The notes beneath the pieces are model-generated. The model did not search any database. It was not told where the DNA came from and was given only the letters and a program-made list of their open reading frames with translations. This document shows, piece by piece, positions 55,401 to 64,000 of a DNA stretch of 64,000 nt. Origin of the DNA: Camelus dromedarius (Eukaryota); contig NC_087437.1 of the NCBI RefSeq assembly GCF_036321535.1, positions 43,278,001 through 43,342,000 on the forward strand, in the 5' to 3' direction. The stretch's first letter is position 1, and each line of letters starts with the position of its first letter. Made by a program: the position numbers and the translations under genes.

Positions 55401-56375
55401 CTGGCCCTCCATTGGGCTTGAACCCATAATATTTGCATGAGGTGTTTGCAAAGTAGGAAGAGAGAGAAGGAGGGGGGAGGGGAAGAGAGTGATTGAGAGA
55501 AAGAGGAGAGAATGAAGAAAACAGAAAGAAAAGAAAAACCTTGGAAACACCCTCAGTTGGACTGAAAGGCAAAAGTTATCAGGATATTCTCAAAGAGCAC
55601 AAGACACTATCTCTTCTAGACTTAAATGTCATTTTTTCATGTTTTTGAGTGTATTTTTACTGAGTGATATTTCAGAGTTTTAAGGAACATAGCAATAGAT
55701 CAGAAAAAGTTAATTCCAACTGCAGAAGATATCATTTGGCTACACTATTATTTTTTTTTAAGTGCAGATAAATGGTGAGAAGCAGTAAATCTGAACTTTG
55801 TAGTTTAAATGGCAGAATCACGCACTGCTATTGAAATTGCTATCAGATTTAGGAGGAAATAAGAGTAGTTCCTTTCAATTAGTAGTTGCTCGTATATGAT
55901 AAAAATGAGCTATTTTCCCAGCAAAGAAATGAATATATATCTTTAAAACCAGTTCTACAGGTAAAAATGGTACTAGAGAAAATCCTTAAATTTAATGCAA
56001 ATGATAAGTAATCCTGAACTTTGCGAGATGATCATATTTGGGATTGCATATGTATGCTAACTAATGACCTATGGAAAGGTTGTTTAGTTTTATTCTTGGA
56101 CACCAGAAACCTGTGACCTTTAATTGTAAGGAAAAATGAAGGTTCTCTTTAAATCCATACCCAGATCTACCATAAGAGGACGCTTTCTATTTTTGGAGTA
56201 GGAAATGGATGAAAAAATCTGTAAGAAGTGCGTTTACAGGTGGTCAGTAACCTAACTTGCCCACATCAGTGGAAACACAGCATCCTTGGTGTGGGATGAG
56301 GCCCTCAAATCAGCAGTGAGAGAGAGCACGTCTTTTCACTTTCTGCCTTTCATTTTTTGTACTTGCCTCTAGAGA

Positions 56376-56379
<4 letters not shown>

Positions 56380-56439
<60 letters not shown>
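56380..56439. repeat. (AT)30 microsatellite
   Basis: Direct read. Confidence 0.95.
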
Positions 56440-56442
<3 letters not shown>

Positions 56443-57152
56443 TTATATATTGCAAACGAAGCTCTAATTCATTGTCTCTTTGACTAGTGTTTTTGTTTCT
56501 GTTTGCATCAGATGCCCGACAGAGGACAAATTACAATTTCAGCCTGTATCGAGAATTCCAGCAGGCAGAGGCATCTCATTCAGATAAATTAAGGACACAT
56601 TTGAAAGAAAGTCTTTTATTCTAGACACGGCTGACTTCATTGCTAGCTGTGATGTTCAGCAATAGATCTAGAGGCTGGGAGAGAGGAAGTGCTGACCAGT
56701 ACAAATACATTTCAGCGTGTGTAGCATGCTGGATTATCAGAGAATCTGTTCAGAGCGTCCTCCTAGGTTTTGGCTGAGATCCTTATTTTTGTATCAAAAA
56801 ATTCTAGTAATTACTGTACACATCACCCTGTGTCTCTTCAGACCTGTTATTAAGTTGTCTAATTATATTTTGCCATTATTTTTATCTTATTTGAAATTCA
56901 AATTCTTAAACAAATTTATGTATGTATATTTGATTTCAAAACCCAAAACTATAAATTCCATGAAATTAGGGACCACATCTTCACAAAAACCTAATAAAGT
57001 ATATCTCACCTGGTTCGTGACTATTTGTCGAAATAATTAATACTTGCTTAATTTGAGGCGACTTGGGAAATTAAAAAGAACTAGAAAAATATATGAGACT
57101 TGGATGTTGGTTTTAGATAAGATTTAGTACTTAATTTACCTCAGAGTTTTCT

Positions 57153-57574
57153 TCCTTTTAAGTTTTTATGTATTTATTGAGGTACAAGTGATATACAACA
57201 CTGTCTTAGTCTCAGGTGTACAACATAATGATTCGATATTTGTATGTTGCAAAATGTATACAGTCATAAGTCTAGTTCACATCCTTCACCATACATAGCT
57301 ACAGAATTTATTTATTGTGATGGGGACTTGTAAGATCTACTCTCTTAGCAACTTTCAAATATGCAGTACAGTATTAACTATAGTGTCCATATTGCACATT
57401 ACTTTCTCATGACTTACCTATTTTATAACTGAAAGCTTGAACCTTTTAACCCTTCATCCATTTGCCTCACCTCCTGAACCCCACTCCCCCACCTATGAGC
57501 TTGGGTTTGTTTTTGTTTGTTTGTTGTTAGATTTCACATACAGGTGAGATCATAGATATTTGTCTTTTTCTATC
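57153..57574 (-). mobile_element. 5'-truncated L1 (3' UTR) with TSD
   Basis: tttattgaggtacaagtgatatacaac...aagatctactctcttagcaactttcaaata...gtgagatcat. TSD ttacctcagagttttct (57136-57152) and ttaactcagaggtttct (57575-57591), 15/17 identical. Confidence 0.88.
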
Positions 57575-58971
57575 TTAACTCAGAGGTTTCTACAGTTCGA
57601 TGCAAACGGGGGACTGTTTTAGTCTTGCTCCGACAGTCCATTAAAGGAGTACCCAGGATGAGAGATTTACCTGGCTGTAAACTTTAGAATGTATCAAGCT
57701 GGAAGTTAGTTGAAACTACATAGCTTTTAGAAAGGGACAGAAACAATCTTTATGATTCTTGTTTCTTCTATTAGCCCTCAATGAAAAGAAAGAGTGTGAA
57801 ATTCAGTGTTTACTCAGTGCGGATTTTACATTGTGGAGCCACCAGAGGCAGAAAGATTTTCTTGATTTTTGTTTCCTTAAGATTTAGCAAAAATGCCTGG
57901 CGTAGAGGATCTCAGTAAGTGTTGCTTGAATGGAAATATCTCAATCTCAATTAAAAAGCAAGTTGGAGATGGAGCACTGGTTTTAGTTTTCCAAAAGATA
58001 GTATAGTTCTACTAGGATCTCAGCATATATATGGTTATCTGAAGCCCAGACCACATGGTGCAGTAGGGGCATGTCTGGACCTCAGTCCTGATAACGTGCC
58101 AGGACAAGCTCCCACCTGGGTCAGCCCTGCGTGTTGCTGCTGTTGTTGCTTTTTGTCTGGTAGAGTGCTCTCGATACAGACCACAAGAGCATGCGTGCTT
58201 TGCTGCTTCAGGTAATGTGTGAAATGACAACTTACTGTCTTGATTCAGCCAGGAACTTTGGGGACATTGCTTAGGAGATAAAAAAAATAAAATAAAATAA
58301 AAGTGGGTGACATTCAAATAAAATATGAGACGCTTGTAAACTGTAGGCCCTTTTATTCTTAAACACTCATGGCAGTTACCTGGAGTTCATGAGAAATAAA
58401 TTATTGAACGGCATCTCTGGTTTATAACTGAAATAAATGAAGACTGTTGGAGGACGCACCAGGTGAGGCAGGGCTAGCTGCAGCCAGCGCAGCTGGAGAA
58501 TGACAGGAGAGTGTGAGCACGTGGGCAAAGGCACGGGAAGCTGCCCGCCTCTGGTGGACTGTGTGTAGGGGGGTGTCACCAGGAGAGTCCCCTGGTCCAC
58601 TGTAAACAGGCAGGGGGATGATTTGATTTGACAGTCTGGCTGACTGGCTGTTTAGTCTAAATTGAATGGTGTGGGCCGTGGAAGGGTCTTTAATATGTCT
58701 CCAGGGTGGGCCTGTGCTAATGACTGAGTGAATGTGATTGAGACTGCAGTATAGTCTGAACTAAAATAAAGCCAAAAACCTAGAATTACAAATGGCTTCT
58801 GTACTCTCTCTGCCATCTTCCTTTCATCTCTGTGGGCAGGCAGGACCTGAGGGGAGAAGCCTTAAATGACCACTGGATTTGTCCAATGATGTCTTGATGA
58901 AACAAAGTTCTTGTTTGTTTGTTTTTAAGGGAATTTGGTTTTCTGCTGCTTTTACTCTGGAAAAGTCCACT

Positions 58972-58973
<2 letters not shown>

Positions 58974-59027
<54 letters not shown>
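58974..59027. repeat. (GT)27 microsatellite
   Basis: Direct read. Confidence 0.95.
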
Positions 59028-59029
<2 letters not shown>

Positions 59030-59968
59030 GCCCTCTGAAGCTCGTTAGTTCCCTGATCTTCAGTGTTTGGGGTGAGCCCGAGTGGCTTCAGGGTTACCAG
59101 AGTGACTGCTTTTCTTTCCCTCTGAGGCCCTGCAGCTTATTTACGGATTTTAGTATTTAGCTTTTATTTGGCTTCTCTAAAACTAAAATTTTGAAGTGGG
59201 TTTTAAAGCTTATAATCTCACTAAGTATCTAGTTTATTTCTCTGCACAAAGGGCTTTCGCTTGAATAACGTCTGGAACTCTCCCTCATTCTTTGGCAGCT
59301 TTGTCTTTTGTTCTTTATTGCACAGGGAGACAAAGAGGATGCAGGAAAAGTAGGTGAAAGAGGAGGTGAACCAGATCTTAGAGTCTGAGGACGTGATGTC
59401 ACCCACATTGTATTACTGTGAAATGTCCCCAAACCCTGAGGTCAGCAGGGCCTGGCATGTGAAGAACTCAGTTATTACTTGCCAGCTACGAAAATGCATG
59501 CATTATGGATTTTAAGATATTGTGCCTGTAAGCAAAGTGGATGCTTTAAAACTTTTATCAGTATAATGAAAATGGACTGTTCAAAGTTTTGACAGTAAAC
59601 AATTTAAAAGACGGAGCCATTTGTAATTCTAGATGTGTGTGTTCCCTATTTATATAAAACAAGGAATTATTTAAAACTCTTTGTTTTTTGTGATTTTTTT
59701 TCTCAGTAAAAAATGATACTTACAAATATTGTGCATGTTTTTGAAGTAGTGTTTCACGTCAGTTAGAATGTCCTGGTCATCTGTGAGATCTTAGTCTTTT
59801 TAAATTGTCATGACCTGATTTCAAGTATAGCATTTTCTTCCTTCAGCTACACATCCTGTCTCTTGGATGCAGACTTTGGTCAGTGACTATCTTATGATAC
59901 TGGACGGTCAAGAGACTTCCTAACTTCACCCCCGGAGGGTGACTGGACTGTCAGCCTTTCTCTTTTAG

Positions 59969-60435
59969 AAGAGATTTCTAACACCTTTTTCAATAAGACT
60001 CCTTTGGCAACTGGATGAATCCTGTGGATCCCTTCTCAGAATAATGTTTTGAATGCATCAAATAAAGTAAGATATGTAAAATTATAAAGAAAACCAATTA
60101 TATGGAAATACAAAATATCACAATATTTTTACTCTAAAGTTTAGGATTAGATGGGCATTCTTATTAACAATCGCTAGCAAGTGAATCTAATAGCAACCAT
60201 CATTTCAAAGTAGTGATGAGCATAAAAAACATTTTGGCGTGTCTGTAACAATTATAATGTGATGTGAAAATACCTAGGCTTTCTATTGATGACAAAATCA
60301 CAGGCCTGCTAATAGTACTGTGGTTTATTGTCTGCATTCAAAATGGATCACAATGCAAAATTTCTGTGAGGTTAGTGATGGTAGATGTAATATTTTTCCT
60401 CATCCAAGTTCACAGGCCAAAGTTATGAACCCCTG
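59969..60435. mobile_element. hAT-Charlie DNA transposon (Charlie4a-like)
   Basis: cctttggcaactggatgaatcctgtggatcccttctcagaataatgtttt...ttcaaagtagtgatgagcata...catccaagttcac...gaacccctg end. Confidence 0.75.
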
Positions 60436-60934
60436 TCACAGAGCAGCAGTAACAGCATGATCGCCACCGTACAAAAAAGGTAGGGACTCCAGACTACCTA
60501 ATAGGATGTGCATTTTGAGTAATAGATCTGCAAAGATCTATCCCAGCTCTTGATCGTTCTGACTAGTAGAGTGTTTTGAAAGGTGATGGAAGGAGGGACC
60601 AACCTGAATCCAGACAGTGAAAACCTAACCCAAGCCCTAAGATGCTGCCCTTTTAGATGAATGGATTTTGAGGTGTTTAGGGAGGATGTGGTCTACAGGC
60701 AATGCAGCCAGTCATCTTTAGTCATTTTAGCAGGTCATCAGGCTTTGGGTTTTCAAAGGCAAAGGAGTATTAGAGTATAAATCTTGCCTCTTCAGGTAGT
60801 TCTGTAGCAGAGCAAAGAATTTTCACAAGCTTCCTCACTCCCAGTCAGACTTTGCCATCCAGGACATGACCACCACCGCAAGAAAAGCTTAAAAGGTGTG
60901 TGGCCACTGATGGAATGTGTGCTTTGGTGGAGCT

Positions 60935-60995
60935 GTGTTCCAATCTGCATGTGTCCCCACAAAATTCATGTGTTGGAATCCTAACTCCCACCTGA
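60935..60995 (+). mobile_element. MaLR LTR 5' fragment
   Basis: tgtgtccccacaaaattcatgtgttggaatcctaactccca. Confidence 0.6.
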
Positions 60996-62249
60996 ACCTT
61001 ACTTGCCAGGCAAAATCTATGTCTGGAGACTTCTTTCATAAGATCTATACTCAGTCCTGACTCTGCACTGTCCATTGAATTTCTTTCACCCTTGGTCTAT
61101 TCATTTATAAAAATCAGTTCTGCCTTCTGAAGAGATTTGCTTAAAGCATCATGTGTAATAATACATGCAAAAACTATTTATTGAAAGTTGTGAAATACAA
61201 TGCAAATATAGGTAATAACATGACAGTAACAACAAGCATACTGAACATTGTACTACTAGCAAATGAAAATTAATGTAGCAAGACTATTCAAAACAATTTT
61301 AAACAAAAAAAGGCATCATTATTTTTAAATGAGAAAGTATTCTGTTTTTAAATCATTAGTCTAAAAATATTCCTAATATTGTCCTACATTTTTACACAGT
61401 TATGCTTTTAATTGGTTTTATGATATTAAACAGGATAGAGACCCTGAATGTGAGGGAACTTCTGCCTTTCTAAAATTCTAACAGGAGATCAGCATTTCAA
61501 TTGAACATTTTATCTAATAGAATGACAGTCTTATTTTCATTTGATTAACAGGCAGAACCTCAGATAGGACTTTGTAAATAAAATCTACCTACCCAGTAAG
61601 AATTTAGCAGATGCTTACAGAGAGTAAGGTAGGGGTAGATAAGAGTTTTAAAGCTTAACACATACCTGAAAAGCCTCTCAAAAAATCCCTGAGAAAATTT
61701 AAAAACCGAAGTTAGTGATTGATGAATGTGATAACTTTCTAAGTATAGTAACAGTGCTAAAGAGCTGAAACATCAAATTGATTCCCCTGGAAGGCAGGAA
61801 CATATTAAGAAATGTCAAGTTGGTAGGGGTTCTTAGAGGAAACAAGATGTGTAATTTTTGAGCAGTAGGTTATGACGCCTGTGGATGTGGGTATTTTGAC
61901 TGCACATTTGTGGTGGTTGTGCATCAGAGCAGGTTAAATCATTTTACAAAATACTTTTTCCTCTTCATTACTGAGTTACCAAATATTTATATCTCATACG
62001 TTTAAACATTTGGGAAGCTTCACTTTAGTTTTAAAAATTAGCAAGAATTAATGTATTCTAAATTTATTAAAATAACGTCCAGGTGTTTGCATGCATAAAA
62101 TTGAAATACCACCTTTCAGTTTAGAGTAATTAATAAAGGGGCTAAAATTAAACAATAATTGAAGATTTTTTGAGTGATATTGTTGATTTACATCGCTGTG
62201 AAAGAAATACAGAGCATTGCTAAAAATAATGTGATTTTTAAAAGCTATT

Positions 62250-63330
62250 ATATGATGCCAGATCTGGAGCAAAGAAAAAAAACTAAGATAAGCCTGGGGC
62301 ATCTTGGGTTGCCAGAAAATAAAAGGTGCTTTAACAAAAAAATGGGGCGTATCCAAAGACATAGAAGCTAAGCCGAAATAGCTACCAATGGCCAAAGTTA
62401 GAAAACTTAACCAACACAATAAGTAGCATAAATAAATACATAAAATAAGTGAATAAATACTTTTTAAATTACACCCAAAACCTTAAATAAATATCTGTGA
62501 ATCCATACTGACATAAATACGTAAATGGATAAATGTATTATATAAATGGGGTTGAAGTGACAACTTTTCCTAGAGAAGAATTCCAGTGAATAAATGTAGA
62601 AAGAATGAGGGAAATAAGAAAATCACCATTATACCCCACAGTAGTAACTGCTTTAGTCAAGATCCATTGATGGATGCTAAAACTGGTGAGTAAAAGTTTA
62701 AACAGAAACTGGATATTTGCGTAGTCTCAAAGAATCCCCCTAGCCAAACGTGAAATTCCAAAGGGAAAAATAATAGCATTGCAAGAGAGAATCCTGACAG
62801 GTGCTGCATGGACCAAGTGATCAAGGTTCACATCAGCAATACATATTGATAAAATGTACCTCCATTCCGTGCACTGAGAAGGGCACATCTCCTCTCTGGT
62901 ATCTTTCCTAATGACATAGGAAACTGAATCCAATCATGAGAAAATATTAGACTGACCCAAATCCTGAGACAGTCTATGAAATAACTGCCCATTACTCTTC
63001 AAAAGTGTCAGGGTCATAAAAGATAAGGAAAGGCTGAGGAATTGTCAGAGATTGGAGGAGACTCAAGAGATGTGACAACGAAATGCAATGCAGGGTTCTG
63101 GACTGGATCCTGAAACAGAAAAAAATATGTTAGTAAAACAAATTGGAAAAACTTGTAGTACGGCACCCAGGTTAATTTCTTAGTTTTGATAAATGGCCTG
63201 TGGTTATATAAGCTGTTAACATAAAGAGAACCTGGATATATATGGAATATATGGGATATATGGAAACTGCTATTTTTGCAACTCTTCTATTAAGTCTAAA
63301 ATTATCTCAGCATAAAAAAGTTTTTTTAAA
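62250..63330 (+). mobile_element. L1MC-type 3' region
   Basis: accaagtgatcaaggttcacatca...ctcttcaaaagtgtcagggtcataaaagataaggaaaggctgagga...gactggatcctg...tttttgcaactcttct...aagtctaaaattat. Confidence 0.85.
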
Positions 63331-63364
63331 AGCTGTTATAATAAGACTGACATATACAATTGTA

Positions 63365-63590
63365 AGGTAACAACTAAAGCTTATACAGCACTGTTTTAAA
63401 TGACTTATATATATTAACTGGATAATGTTTACAATATTATCTTGTAACTGCTATTAGCATCACCATTTTAAAGATGGGAAAACTGAGGCAAAGAGAGGAT
63501 AATTTTTCCTGAGGTCATCCTTCTCGATAATGGTGGAACTGGGACTTCAAACCAAGATTTTATCTCAAGGATATGTACTCTTTAACCATT
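63365..63590 (-). mobile_element. MIR SINE
   Basis: caccattttaaagatgggaaaactgaggcaaagagagg...tactctttaaccat. Confidence 0.75.
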
Positions 63591-63854
63591 GTCTAATGGT
63601 CTCCAAGATAAGTAACTTACCTGTGGGGAATACAGTTACCATACTGACGTTACCTTTGTTTTAAACACCTTGGGAATTTATTTCAGAGTTTGTAGCACCT
63701 TTTAAAAAAAAACCTGTATGCTAGCTAATGTTTGTCCTTTGAGGATGTCTTTGGTCTTTAAAAATTATATAGGGCCATATAAGCTAGGTATTTTAAATTA
63801 AAAATAAGTTGTGGTTATTTGATAATGACTCCAGCAGTCTTTTGTCTTATTATG

Positions 63855-64000
63855 GGTTTTATTTTTAAATTTTACAAAGACAGTTTTAATCACCTTGCTC
63901 TATTAAAATACATGACATGTATATATTGTTTCACAACTTGCTTTTTCACTGAACATTATATCATGAATGAATTAGTGATAAATACTTATCTGCGTCACTT
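63855..64000 (-). mobile_element. Old L1 3' fragment (runs off the window)
   Basis: caacttgctttttcactgaacattatatcatgaa. Confidence 0.45.

Larger units (their letters stand above)
2014..64000 (+). other. NLGN1: 5' part of a very long NLGN1 intron (continues beyond the window)
   Basis: Starts GTAAGA. The expected next exon (GFLSTGDQAAKGNYGLLD...) was not seen in the window. Repeat-rich and AT-rich. Confidence 0.85.

Noticed and set aside
58541..58559. CTCF motif on the minus strand (CCACCAGAGGCGGG)
   Set aside because: Mismatches at the highly conserved GGC positions of the core.
1..64000. A novel multi-gene system (operon, defence island, etc.)
   Set aside because: No long ORFs or gene clusters; the window is explained by one eukaryotic exon plus intronic repeats.

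Overview
AT-rich mammalian genomic DNA, not prokaryotic. The only supportable protein-coding feature is one 153-bp internal exon (1861-2013, +) of neuroligin-1 (NLGN1). It encodes [51 protein letters not shown](G) of the cholinesterase-like ectodomain, with canonical AG/GT ends. The remaining ~62 kb is the start of a very long intron; I saw no further NLGN1 exon. The intron is filled with interspersed repeats (L1 3' fragments, L2, MIR, hAT-Charlie DNA transposons, MaLR LTR pieces) and microsatellites. Two tRNA-Ala-derived SINEs resemble the camelid vic-1 family, suggesting a camel/llama/alpaca genome. The other ORF-track entries are chance or repeat-derived. I found no convincing novel biological system. 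The best second-look items are modest: candidate cryptic or recursive splice elements, a CTCF-like site, enhancer-like motif clusters, a 48-nt hairpin, templated duplications and nested transposon structures. Repeat subfamily names come from recalled consensus similarity by eye, their boundaries are approximate, and they need RepeatMasker/Dfam confirmation.
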